Positions 30,416 through 39,630 of a stretch of 57,591 nt of DNA are shown in pieces. The notes below the pieces were generated by a model that was not told where the DNA came from, searched no databases, and saw only the letters and a list, made by a program, of their open reading frames with translations. Position numbers and translations under genes: made by a program. Source of the DNA: Candidatus Kapaibacterium sp. (GTDB lineage Bacteria > Bacteroidota > Ignavibacteria > Kapaibacteriales > WFXC01); NCBI GenBank assembly GCA_026996895.1, contig JALWJX010000040.1, forward strand, positions 1-57,591. Direction: 5' to 3'. Position 1 is the stretch's first letter, and every line of letters starts with the position of its first letter.

Positions 30416-32125
30416 ATGCAGCAACCATCCGCATATATGGTAACAGCTCGCAAATGGCGCCCCCAGCGATTTGCGGAAGTGGTAGGACAGGAGCACGTGA
30501 CCCGGACGCTGCGCAATGCCCTGAAACAACACCGCGTTCATCACGCCTATTTGTTCGCCGGTCCTCGTGGAGTTGGGAAAACGACAACGGCGCGCATCCT
30601 GGCAAAAGCGGTAAACTGCCTGAATATGGAAGATGGCGAACCGTGCAACCAGTGTCAATCCTGCCAGGCTTTTCTTGAAGGGCGCTCAATGGATGTGCTG
30701 GAAATCGACGGCGCATCCCATAATAGCGTCGATGATGTCCGAATGCTCCGGGAGAATGCCAAGTATCCGCCGAAAAGTGGGCGGTACAAAATTTACATCA
30801 TTGACGAAGTGCATATGCTTTCAACCGCCGCCTTCAATGCTTTACTCAAAACCTTAGAAGAACCTCCTCCTCACCTGCTGTTCATCTTTGCCACAACGGA
30901 GCCGCAGAAGCTCCCGGCTACCATTATCAGCCGATGCCAGCGCTTTGATTTCCGGCGGATGAGTATTCCGGAAATCGTGCACCATCTGACAAAAATCGCA
31001 GATGCCGAAGGCATTGCGGTCGAAGAAGAAGCGCTGCTAACGATCGCCCGAAAAGCGGATGGCTCGATGCGTGATGCCCAGAGTATCTTCGATCAGTTAG
31101 TCGCTTTCAGCGGCGCAAAGATCACCTATGCAGATGTGCAACAAACGTTTCACCTGATCGACCAGCAGTTCTTCTTTGAGGTGGAAAAGACCTTAGCGCA
31201 GGGCGATCTCCGCGGTGTCTTCCAGATCGTGCAACAACTTTTTGCGCAGGGATACGATTTCAGCGAGTTTCTTTCGGGGTTAGTCGATCATTATCGCAAT
31301 CTGCTGGCGGTCGTTGCAACGGGCTCAGCCGATCTGGTCACCTTAACTCCGGAATGGCAACAGCAGTACCAAGAACGAGCTAAAGCATACTCCCAGGCTG
31401 CTTTACTCAATGTGCTCTCCGTGTTGACCTATGGCGAACAACAGCTCAAATTTGCCTCGAATCCCCGCATTTACCTGGAAGTGCTGCTGGCAAAAGTTGC
31501 TTTGCTGGACTCAGCGCTGGAGCTGGCGCAACTGCTGGAGCAACTCCAGTCCCCGAACGCTCCATCCTCTGCAAAGTCGAGCCAGCCAAAAACAGCAGTG
31601 ACAGAAACAGCAGCATCGTATCAGACAACGTCTTCAGCATCTTCTTCATCTTCACCAGCCGGTGAAAAACCACCAGCAGAGAAAACCTCCAGAGAAAAGC
31701 CGGTGAAATTGACCCAGGAATTCGTACTCCGCGCTATTCAAGAATCCGAAGCGTTCCGGGGCATTCGCCGCCTCCTGCTCCGAAAAGATATGGTGAAGAT
31801 CACGGTCGATGGCAATGCGGTGAAGATTACCCCAAGTGATCCCTTTGTGGGCGAAACCTTAGCACAACGCCAGCAGGTGTTAGCGCAATTGCTTTCGGAA
31901 AAATGTGGGCAATCGGTATCGGTGGAAATCGAGGGCATTAAAAAACCGACGATCCATATTTTTGAAAATCTGGACACAACAGAATCTCCTTCGCCGCAAC
32001 CTTCCCGAACTTCCCCTGAAGACAGAAAACAAACAAACGCAACAGCAGACTCGAACGATGCAGTAACGGAAACCGAAGCTGAAAGAAAGCTGAAAGACTT
32101 TTTTGATTTGAAGCGAGTGAAATAA
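30416..32125 (+). CDS. dnaX: DNA polymerase III subunit gamma/tau
   Basis: ARKWRPQ, GPRGVGKTT, zinc Cys cluster, IIDEVHML, SRC motif. Confidence 0.96.
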   Translation: MQQPSAYMVTARKWRPQRFAEVVGQEHVTRTLRNALKQHRVHHAYLFAGPRGVGKTTTARILAKAVNCLNMEDGEPCNQCQSCQAFLEGRSMDVLEIDGASHNSVDDVRMLRENAKYPPKSGRYKIYIIDEVHMLSTAAFNALLKTLEEPPPHLLFIFATTEPQKLPATIISRCQRFDFRRMSIPEIVHHLTKIADAEGIAVEEEALLTIARKADGSMRDAQSIFDQLVAFSGAKITYADVQQTFHLIDQQFFFEVEKTLAQGDLRGVFQIVQQLFAQGYDFSEFLSGLVDHYRNLLAVVATGSADLVTLTPEWQQQYQERAKAYSQAALLNVLSVLTYGEQQLKFASNPRIYLEVLLAKVALLDSALELAQLLEQLQSPNAPSSAKSSQPKTAVTETAASYQTTSSASSSSSPAGEKPPAEKTSREKPVKLTQEFVLRAIQESEAFRGIRRLLLRKDMVKITVDGNAVKITPSDPFVGETLAQRQQVLAQLLSEKCGQSVSVEIEGIKKPTIHIFENLDTTESPSPQPSRTSPEDRKQTNATADSNDAVTETEAERKLKDFFDLKRVK

Positions 32126-32140
32126 AACACAGGAATAACA

Positions 32141-32614
32141 ATGGAAAAGCAGCCGGCACCCTTATTTGAAGGCGTGACGGATACGGGAGAAAAAATCAGT
32201 CTGGAACAGTTTCGCGGAAAGTGGGTGATTCTATACTTCTATCCCCGCGATAACACGCCGGGCTGTACCGCCGAAGCCTTGGATTTCCGAAATGCAGCGG
32301 AAGATTTTGCAAAACACAACGCAGTGATTCTGGGTGTCAGCCCTGATCCCATCAACCGGCATCAAAAATTCAAGCAGAAATATCAACTGCCCTTTGTACT
32401 GATCAGCGACGAAGATCATTCCATCGCTGAACAATACGGCGTATGGAAGGAAAAAAAGCTGTATGGCAAAGTTTTTCCGGGTATTGAACGAAGCACGTTC
32501 ATTATCGATCCCGATGGGAACATCGTTGCAGCATTTCGGAAGGTAAAGGTGAAAGGGCACGTGCAGACTGTTTTAGAAACGTTGCAACAATTGCAACAAC
32601 AAACGCAGAATTAA
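32141..32614 (+). CDS. bcp: Thioredoxin-dependent peroxiredoxin BCP/PrxQ (single Cys)
   Basis: YFYPRDNTPGCTAEA, GVSPD, RSTFIID. Confidence 0.93.
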   Translation: MEKQPAPLFEGVTDTGEKISLEQFRGKWVILYFYPRDNTPGCTAEALDFRNAAEDFAKHNAVILGVSPDPINRHQKFKQKYQLPFVLISDEDHSIAEQYGVWKEKKLYGKVFPGIERSTFIIDPDGNIVAAFRKVKVKGHVQTVLETLQQLQQQTQN

Positions 32615-32625
32615 GGAGACAGAAG

Positions 32626-34053
32626 ATGGAACAAACCTGGAATACAGCACCATTCGTTGATTCGCATTGTCACCTGGACGTTGAACAGTTCGAGCCAGAC
32701 CGCCCACAGGTGATCCATCGGGCACGGGAAGCAGGGATCCGTGCCATTGTCATTCCGGCTATCGAACCAGCAACCTTCGATCATCTGCAATCAGTGGTGC
32801 TTTCAGATCCAATGCTTTTCTGGGGCGTTGGTATCCATCCCCACAGTGTGGGAACGTATGAGGAAGAATCTCTGGAAGTGGTGGAATCCTGGATCCAGAA
32901 AGGCGAGCGTGTCGTTGCCATTGGGGAAATTGGCCTGGACTACTACTACGACTTTTCACCCAGAGACAAACAAAAAGCCTTTTTCCGTGACCAAATTCGG
33001 CTGGCAAAGCAATACCAGCTTCCCGTTATCATTCACAACCGGGAAGCGGATGAAGACATATTCCGGATTGTCGAGCAGGAACAGGATGGAACGCTTCGAG
33101 GCGTTTTCCACTGCTTTTCAGGTTCACCGGCGTTAGCTGAACGGGCACTGAAACTGCAAATGTGCGTTTCATTCACCGGGATGATTACCTTCCCGAAAGT
33201 ACGGCTTCAGGAAACGGTGCAGGCGGTTCCGCTGGAACAGATGATGATCGAAACAGACAGTCCATATCTAACGCCCGTGCCCTATCGTGGAAAACGGAAT
33301 GAACCCTCTCGACTCCCCCTCATCGCAGCGAAAATCGCAGAGTGGAAGAAGACAACTATTGAGGAAGTTGCAGAAAAGACAACGCAAACGGCAATGCGAC
33401 TGTTTCGATTAGCGATTGCGACACTTGCTGTTTTTCTTCTGGCATTTCTGCTTCCATTTCGGGCAACGGCGCAGCAGGACACGGTACGCGGCTTTGCCCA
33501 TCCTTTTCAGAAATTCATTGGCGGCGGCGGCATCATCGGAATGATGACCTTCGTCGAAACCCCTGATAGCGGGCGGGATCGCTCATACGAAGGACTGCCA
33601 GCGTTCGGCGGCGTGCTTAACTGGTTTTTTACCGACCATCTCTTCCTTTCCGCTTCCTACGTCATCGCGAAAAATACCAAGGTACAGCGATTTCAGGCAA
33701 ATCCGAATTATCATCACGTGCTGGACTTTGCAGTCAATTACACGCCAATTCCGTACAACCGGATGGCTTTTTACTTTTCCCTTGGAATGTCCTATTTTTA
33801 CAACAATCTCAACAACCGGCGCAAGGAAAACTTTTTAGGTTCCAACTTCGCCATTGGTCTCTACGGCAACATTCAGACTCCTTATGGAGTCATTGTTCCA
33901 TCAGCCGAATGGCGAGTCAGCTTTATGCTGGGCGACCGCATTCTGGATTACGATCCGAATCCCAACGATCAAAACCCGGAGCGGATCCGGCAAAATGTTC
34001 CGTACTTTACATCGATCCCCCGGTTCTTGATCCAGTTCTTTCCAGAATGGTAG
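32626..34053 (+). CDS. tatD: TatD-family DNase fused in frame to an internal signal peptide and an outer-membrane beta-barrel
   Basis: DSHCHLD, IGEIGLDY, IIHNRE, FHCFSG, ETDSPY in aa 1-260; then MRLFRLAIATLAVFLLAFLLPFRATA-QQ and about 190 aa of amphipathic beta-strands. Confidence 0.88.
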   Translation: MEQTWNTAPFVDSHCHLDVEQFEPDRPQVIHRAREAGIRAIVIPAIEPATFDHLQSVVLSDPMLFWGVGIHPHSVGTYEEESLEVVESWIQKGERVVAIGEIGLDYYYDFSPRDKQKAFFRDQIRLAKQYQLPVIIHNREADEDIFRIVEQEQDGTLRGVFHCFSGSPALAERALKLQMCVSFTGMITFPKVRLQETVQAVPLEQMMIETDSPYLTPVPYRGKRNEPSRLPLIAAKIAEWKKTTIEEVAEKTTQTAMRLFRLAIATLAVFLLAFLLPFRATAQQDTVRGFAHPFQKFIGGGGIIGMMTFVETPDSGRDRSYEGLPAFGGVLNWFFTDHLFLSASYVIAKNTKVQRFQANPNYHHVLDFAVNYTPIPYNRMAFYFSLGMSYFYNNLNNRRKENFLGSNFAIGLYGNIQTPYGVIVPSAEWRVSFMLGDRILDYDPNPNDQNPERIRQNVPYFTSIPRFLIQFFPEW

Positions 34054-34153
34054 CAATGCAACCCTACGAAAACACATCCTGACAGGCTCAGGGAATGGAT
34101 GGTCACGGTATTGCAAAGCACAAGCACAAATACAAACAAAACGGGGTTGAGGA

Positions 34154-34783
34154 ATGGGAAATATCACGGTCGTCAATCACGCGCTCATCCAGCGGGATCT
34201 GTCCATTGTACGAGATAAAAACACCCCACTACCATCGTTTCGGGCAGCGCTCCACCGAATCGCAGTAGGGTTGGTGTACGAAGCAACCCGCAACCTGCTG
34301 CTGGAAGAAACGTCGATCGAAACACCGCTGGAACCAACCACAGGATATCGAGTGGTAAACCGGGTCGTTTTTGTGCCCATCCTTCGGGCAGGGCTCAGCT
34401 TCTTAAACGCCGCCCTGAGCATTGTTCCGGAAGCCACGGTCGGTTTTATTGGTATTCGGCGAGATGAACAGACCTTAGAACCGTACGAATACCACTACCA
34501 TGTTCCACCAGCGGAGAATGAGCATACACTGGCGATTATTTTAGACCCGATGATCGCAACTGGCGGCAGTATGGTTGCAGCGCTCAATCGCCTTAGTATC
34601 GATGGGTATCAGCACTGTGCCGTTGTGGCTTTAATTGCAGCACCAGAAGGAATTGAAAAAGTCCATTCGTACCATCCAACCGTGCCCATCTTCTTAGCCG
34701 CCTTAGACCGGCAACTCAATGATTCCGGCTACATCCTGCCGGGTTTAGGAGATGCAGGTGATCGGTTTTGTGCTACGACATAA
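34154..34783 (+). CDS. upp: Uracil phosphoribosyltransferase
   Basis: VPILRAG, DPMIATGGS, ILPGLGDAGDR. Confidence 0.96.
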   Translation: MGNITVVNHALIQRDLSIVRDKNTPLPSFRAALHRIAVGLVYEATRNLLLEETSIETPLEPTTGYRVVNRVVFVPILRAGLSFLNAALSIVPEATVGFIGIRRDEQTLEPYEYHYHVPPAENEHTLAIILDPMIATGGSMVAALNRLSIDGYQHCAVVALIAAPEGIEKVHSYHPTVPIFLAALDRQLNDSGYILPGLGDAGDRFCATT

Positions 34784-35156
34784 ACGATTGCCTGTCACCG
34801 GGGATCTCTAAGATAATCACTTGCTGGAGGTTTCGAAGGCGCTCTTCGTACTGCGCTCGCAATTGCTCTATCTGCTGGCGGTGATCCGCTTCCCGTTCTG
34901 CGAGCATCTGGTACAATCGCAGTAATTGTCGCCGCATCCGCAGGATAATCTCAATACCGGGAAGATTGACTTCCAGATCCTCCAGCAAACGCCGAGCACG
35001 GCGAATTTCTTCCAGCCAGATGTCCTCAATGTACCGCCGTCCCTGTTGCTCAACTATTGGTATCAGCTCGACCTGAAGCAGAAATTCGATCAGCTCCTGT
35101 TCCACTTTGCACGCAGCCGCTGCTTCCTCAATGGTTATCAAAACCGTCCTCTCCAT
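34773..35156 (-). CDS. cbpM: Chaperone modulator CbpM (MerR-like)
   Basis: RRLLEDLEVNLPGIEIIL motif; directly downstream of cbpA. Confidence 0.82.
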   Translation of the reverse strand: MERTVLITIEEAAAACKVEQELIEFLLQVELIPIVEQQGRRYIEDIWLEEIRRARRLLEDLEVNLPGIEIILRMRRQLLRLYQMLAEREADHRQQIEQLRAQYEERLRNLQQVIILEIPGDRQSFMS

Positions 35157-35162
35157 CGCCCC

Positions 35163-36116
35163 TTACCCCTTCGTCCTGTGCAACTGAGCCAGTTGCTCGA
35201 AAAGCTGTCGTTCCTCATCTGTCAACCTGGTTGGAATCTGCACATTGATCTTCACGTACAGATCTCCTCGCTGCTTTGGCGCACGATATTTCGGCATTCC
35301 CAGTTTGCGGAGTTTCAGGGTTGTGCCCGGCTGCGTTCCCGACGGCACTTTTAATTTGACCTTTTTACCATCCAGCGTCGTTAGCATCACTTCCCCACCC
35401 AGAACAGCAGTGTAAAGATCCACCGTTACTTCCGTGTAGAGATCGTCTCCCTGACGGCGGAACCGCTCGTGCGGAAGAATTTTCACGGTGATATAAAGAT
35501 CTCCCCGTGGACCACCTTGATATCCCGGTGCTCCCTTACCAGAAATTTTGAGCTGCTGTCCATCCTGAATGCCCGGACGAATCTTGATCCGAATCTTTTC
35601 TCCCTGGACAGCAATAGTCCGTTCTGTGCCGTGAAATGCTTCCTCCAGCGTAATAGTGATGGTTGCCTGATAATCCTCTCCTTTCCTTGGACGTGCTTTT
35701 CGCCGGGGTCCGCCACCAAAGAGATATTCAAAAAAGTCCGAAAAGCGGAAATCCTCGCCAAACAGATCACCCAAGTCTTCCGCTGAGGTCGTATAAACTC
35801 GATAGCCTCCACCGCCCTGCTGTGCACCAGCCGTCTGGCGGAGAAACTCTTCCCAACTGATACCTCCACTAGCACCACCTGTCTGCTGGTATTGCTTCCA
35901 GTAAGCACCAAACTGGTCATACTTTTTTCGCTTTTCCGGATCGCTCAATACTTCGTATGCTTCGCTGATCTCCTTGAACTTCTCCTCTGCTTCCTTATCA
36001 CCGGGACGCACATCGGGATGATACTTACGGGCTAATCGCCGGTATGCCTTTTTGATTTCCTCCTGCGTCGCATCCCTGCTGACCCCCAGAATCTTGTAGT
36101 AGTCCTTGTACTCCAT
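35163..36116 (-). CDS. cbpA: CbpA / class II DnaJ protein
   Basis: J domain with HPD, G/F region, DnaJ_C domain, no zinc finger. Confidence 0.9.
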   Translation of the reverse strand: MEYKDYYKILGVSRDATQEEIKKAYRRLARKYHPDVRPGDKEAEEKFKEISEAYEVLSDPEKRKKYDQFGAYWKQYQQTGGASGGISWEEFLRQTAGAQQGGGGYRVYTTSAEDLGDLFGEDFRFSDFFEYLFGGGPRRKARPRKGEDYQATITITLEEAFHGTERTIAVQGEKIRIKIRPGIQDGQQLKISGKGAPGYQGGPRGDLYITVKILPHERFRRQGDDLYTEVTVDLYTAVLGGEVMLTTLDGKKVKLKVPSGTQPGTTLKLRKLGMPKYRAPKQRGDLYVKINVQIPTRLTDEERQLFEQLAQLHRTKG

Positions 36117-36144
36117 CGGCTTTCTCCAGATTTCACTATCCTAA

Positions 36145-36152
36145 CAAAGTTA
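36145..36152 (-). promoter_or_regulatory. Bacteroidota-type -7 promoter box for cbpA
   Basis: TAACTTTG on the minus strand, 28 nt upstream of the cbpA ATG. Confidence 0.55.
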
Positions 36153-36236
36153 GTTAAGACGAGCATTACCCCTGTTAGTTTGTGCTCCTTGTGCACTGGA
36201 TCGTTGCAAGATTCGTTAAATAGAGTTCCAACAAAC

Positions 36237-36310
36237 GGTGGGCGTAGCTCAGTTGGTAGAGCGCCAGATTGTGGCTCTGGTGGTCGCGGGTTCAAGTCCC
36301 GTCGCCCACC
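36237..36310 (+). tRNA. tRNA-His(GTG)
   Basis: Acceptor GTGGGCG/CGCCCAC with G-1:C73, D arm GCTC..GAGC, anticodon arm CCAGA-TTGTGGC-TCTGG, T loop GTTCAAGT; CCA not encoded. Confidence 0.97.
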
Positions 36311-36316
36311 CTCTGA

Positions 36317-38272
36317 TTATCCTTCCACGGTCGCAACGGAGCGACGAGTTGCCAATCTCCACAATATTAATGTCAAAAGGACAATTCCTCCCTGGGCAGC
36401 GAACGTTTCAACAGTGGCAAAAATTCCCAGCAGCGGGATATCTATAACTCCAGGGATTGGCAGCACTGAGATATAACCTGCTTCCTGGAGTGCGTGAATT
36501 CCTTTACCCACCAAGACCATTGCCAATATGACCATAGTAACAGATGAAAGCTGGAACAGCCGGCGGAATGGTATACGTTGCGAAATACGTTGCAACGCCC
36601 ATGCTGTTATTCCCAGAGCAATAGCGGAAGTTGCCAATCCTGCTAAGATGCCATTCTGAGCTGCTTGTGTTCCTTCAAGATTGAGAGCGGAGAGAAAAAT
36701 CACCGTTTCTGCTGCTTCCCGAAACACAGCAACGAAAACCAAGATGAACAAGCCAACAGCATTCTTTTGAGATACTAAGCTCGGCAAACGCTTCTGCACA
36801 AACTGCTGCCACCCAGCGGCTGTTGAAGATTGGTGCAACCAAAAGCCAACATAGATTAGAATGACAACTGCTACCAGAGCACCAACACCTTCAAGCAACT
36901 CACGATCTCGTGCCCCCATCTGGATAAGAGCATCTGCAAAAAACCACAGTACGACACCGATACCCAAAGCAGAAAGCCAGCCAGCGTGGACAAAAGAGCG
37001 AAGGTGATGGGCATCCAACCGGCGGAGCACACTTAAAATCACAATGATGATGAGCAATGCCTCCAAACCCTCTCGAAAAATAATAGCAGTTGCCATCCAG
37101 AAGGTAAACCCAAAAGTAAATACCTGTTCTGCAAACACTTCACGAGCTTCCCGAAGTGCAGCTTGAATATCTGAAAGAAGCACCAGCGCTTTCTCACTAT
37201 CTTCTTGCTCCAGGGCTGTCCGGAGAGACAACATATTGCGTTCGATGCGGTTCCCAAGACCTGGAGCCTGGACCTGCAAAAATTGCTCTAACGGCTCAAT
37301 CATCTCCAAGTAAACGGTTAACACTGTCTGGGATGCAATTGCGTACTGCTGACGACGTACCTGCTCCATTATGTGCTCAAGAGCCCTTTCTGCCGCATTG
37401 AGGTACGCCTCGGGCGTATTCGCTGGTTCAAAGGTGCGGACTGCTGCTAACAGCTCTTGAGACTCCCTCCGTTCCTTTGGAAAGCGGGTACTTAGCCATT
37501 GCAAAAGCGTCCGATCATCGCTTCGACTGATGAAAGCTAATCGCGTCAAGATTGAATCTCGGATGTACCGTGGTAGACGAGTTTTCTGAGGATCATAGGG
37601 TAAGGCTTTGACAAAAAACGCCAATGCCCACAACGCCTCTTCCGAAAGCTGCGAAAACGCTGGCATTGCCGTACCCTCCACTCCCAAACGAACGGTATTA
37701 TAGACAGAAAGTGGTGAACTCAAAAGCTGAAATAAAGAATCTGTGAGATCGCTCGGTGGAGGTTGAAGCGCTACGCCTGCTGGACCATCCCCATATCCCT
37801 GATCTCCGTGACAACTTTGACAGTACCGCTGATACAGCGTCTTTCCTTTCTGTAAAGATGGCCAACGAACAGGTGCTACTTGCAAAAGTTCAGCTTCAAA
37901 AAAGCTATTCCGAATCCTGGTAGTAATTGCCAGTATGCTGTCATGCGGAGCTTTTACCGCTATCATTTTTTCCAGATTTTCCAACTGTCCACGAATATCA
38001 TCAAACAGTGATTGCGGTACTGTTGCCTGCACCGAATCCCAAAGACCTAACAGCCGCCTGGAAAACTCTCGCATTTCTGCATATTCAAACTCACTCACTA
38101 CGTTTCCCTGGTCTACCGCTCGAGGATAGTCCCGCCCAATGTAGTCTAACAAATTAGCAGCTATTGAGATTTCCGGTGGTGCAGCTATAAGAGAACCTCT
38201 GCACAGCAGTATCCAGCAGCTACACATCAGAATCTGCCACCAATTCCTTCGTGTTGCTACAAAGGCTTGCAC
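36317..38272 (-). CDS. Cytochrome c-FTR1 family iron permease (PbrT-like fusion)
   Basis: CQSCH heme motif with distal MPAF; REGLE and REAAE (RExxE) motifs; 7 TM helices. Confidence 0.9.
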   Translation of the reverse strand: MQAFVATRRNWWQILMCSCWILLCRGSLIAAPPEISIAANLLDYIGRDYPRAVDQGNVVSEFEYAEMREFSRRLLGLWDSVQATVPQSLFDDIRGQLENLEKMIAVKAPHDSILAITTRIRNSFFEAELLQVAPVRWPSLQKGKTLYQRYCQSCHGDQGYGDGPAGVALQPPPSDLTDSLFQLLSSPLSVYNTVRLGVEGTAMPAFSQLSEEALWALAFFVKALPYDPQKTRLPRYIRDSILTRLAFISRSDDRTLLQWLSTRFPKERRESQELLAAVRTFEPANTPEAYLNAAERALEHIMEQVRRQQYAIASQTVLTVYLEMIEPLEQFLQVQAPGLGNRIERNMLSLRTALEQEDSEKALVLLSDIQAALREAREVFAEQVFTFGFTFWMATAIIFREGLEALLIIIVILSVLRRLDAHHLRSFVHAGWLSALGIGVVLWFFADALIQMGARDRELLEGVGALVAVVILIYVGFWLHQSSTAAGWQQFVQKRLPSLVSQKNAVGLFILVFVAVFREAAETVIFLSALNLEGTQAAQNGILAGLATSAIALGITAWALQRISQRIPFRRLFQLSSVTMVILAMVLVGKGIHALQEAGYISVLPIPGVIDIPLLGIFATVETFAAQGGIVLLTLILWRLATRRSVATVEG

Positions 38273-38287
38273 TATTTTCCACCTCTT

Positions 38288-38306
38288 ATTTGGACAAAGT
38301 TCAAAT
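38288..38306. promoter_or_regulatory. Candidate metal-responsive repressor operator (imperfect palindrome)
   Basis: ATTTGGAC-AAA-GTTCAAAT, arms 7/8 complementary, 15 nt upstream of the FTR1 start. Confidence 0.45.
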
Positions 38307-38442
38307 TAAGTAAAGAACAGAAACGTTTCTTCAGGTCGAATATTTCGTCCTCGCTATTGAGAGAAACCTCTCTCCTATGCTCCTCCTAAGAATCTTCTGC
38401 TCGCTCTTTTCAACAGCTTTCACTTTTGTGTACTTTCGGTGT

Positions 38443-38469
38443 TAAAGATCCCCCAAAACCAGACGATAT
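38443..38469 (+). promoter_or_regulatory. sigma28 (FliA) promoter
   Basis: TAAA-N15-GACGATAT vs consensus TAAA-N15-GCCGATAA, upstream of flagellin. Confidence 0.75.
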
Positions 38470-38481
38470 TTGCAAATGAAC

Positions 38482-38540
38482 GGACTTCAGGATGAAGCAC
38501 AGGACAAGGACTGTCAGTGTGGAACGAGTTACACGGAGGT
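38482..38540 (+). promoter_or_regulatory. CsrA-type GGA sites in the flagellin leader
   Basis: Six GGA in 60 nt, including hairpin CTTCA-GGA-TGAAG (38485-38497) and one within the SD GGAGGT. Confidence 0.6.
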
Positions 38541-38545
38541 AACCG

Positions 38546-39463
38546 ATGCCATTAGCAATTTTTGGTGGCGGACGGATCCGCACAAACACGCCGGCAGAAA
38601 ACGCTTACAATGCGTTGCAGGCTGCGAACTCTAACATCGCGCTGCGTCAGCTCCGCCTTTCAACGGGTAAGCGGATCAACTCTCCCGCTGACGACGTTGC
38701 AGGTTACATCACATCCCGCGCATTATTGTCTCGCGTAGGATCCCTTCGATCTGCCCTCAATGCGGTCGGAGATGCAAAGAATGTAACCGGCATTGCGATG
38801 GACGGACTGGATAACATTGCGTCGCTGATTACAAAGATCAAGGAAGCAACAGCGGCAGCAGCCTCAGGTGCTTTGGGAACGGATGAAAAGGTATCGCTGG
38901 CGCAGGCAGCGTACCGATTAGCGGAACAAATTCAGACGGTGGTGAACTCAACGGTCTTCGGCGGCAAAGAGTTGCTATCCAACACCTTCTCCGGTGACTT
39001 TGTGATCGGATTCCGGGCAGATAATTCATTGATCACCTTAGGTATTGACCTGACAACTGCTAACAGCTTCGTGGTAAACGTCAACGTGCAAGGGAATACC
39101 GATTTTGCGGGAGTGGCTGGCTTAGACCTTACCTCTTTAAACGCAGTTTCGACGACTGATCTGGGTATTTTCAGCTCTACGCAGATCGCCACAACGTTGG
39201 CAAGCTTAGCATCCGCCCTGGACAACATTAACACGATGGCATCATTCCTGGGTGGGATTACCAATCGCCTGGAATCTCAGGAAGTGGCATTACAATCGCA
39301 AATTACCAACTACAACGCAGCGATTTCCCGGATTGAAGATGCAGATGTTGCACTGGAGCAACTGGAATTGATCAAGGCACAATTCCTCCAGCAAAGCTCG
39401 GTCATCTCTCTGGCACAAGCCAATCAATTTCCGCAGGTCTTCCTCCAGCTTCTGACGGGCTAA
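38546..39463 (+). CDS. fliC: Flagellin (short, mostly D0/D1)
   Basis: RIRTN, RLSTGKRINSPADDVAG, NRLE, SRIEDAD, LAQANQ..Q..LQLL. Confidence 0.93.
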   Translation: MPLAIFGGGRIRTNTPAENAYNALQAANSNIALRQLRLSTGKRINSPADDVAGYITSRALLSRVGSLRSALNAVGDAKNVTGIAMDGLDNIASLITKIKEATAAAASGALGTDEKVSLAQAAYRLAEQIQTVVNSTVFGGKELLSNTFSGDFVIGFRADNSLITLGIDLTTANSFVVNVNVQGNTDFAGVAGLDLTSLNAVSTTDLGIFSSTQIATTLASLASALDNINTMASFLGGITNRLESQEVALQSQITNYNAAISRIEDADVALEQLELIKAQFLQQSSVISLAQANQFPQVFLQLLTG

Positions 39464-39503
39464 TAATCGCTTCGAGATCGCAACATATCCATCAGATCTT
39501 CCC

Positions 39504-39529
39504 GGCGGTGGCAATGCCACCGCCTTTTT
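39504..39529 (+). terminator. Intrinsic terminator of flagellin
   Basis: GGCGGTGGC-AAT-GCCACCGCC followed by TTTTT. Confidence 0.85.
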
Positions 39530-39630
39530 GATTTCTCCCTGCTCCTTCAATTTTTCCACCCATCTGCTGCCACTACAACCAAGGGGAAATCTACTCCTTT
39601 CTGCAGCACTGAGAACTCAACGTTGCTACG

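Noticed and set aside
31938-31947. dnaX -1 frameshift site
   Set aside because: The A6 run is not an in-frame X XXY YYZ heptamer and lies too near the 3' end
32141-32614. BCP lacking a resolving cysteine
   Set aside because: 1-Cys BCP/PrxQ variants are well known
36300-38450. Integrative element at tRNA-His
   Set aside because: No integrase and no duplicated tRNA 3' end seen in the window
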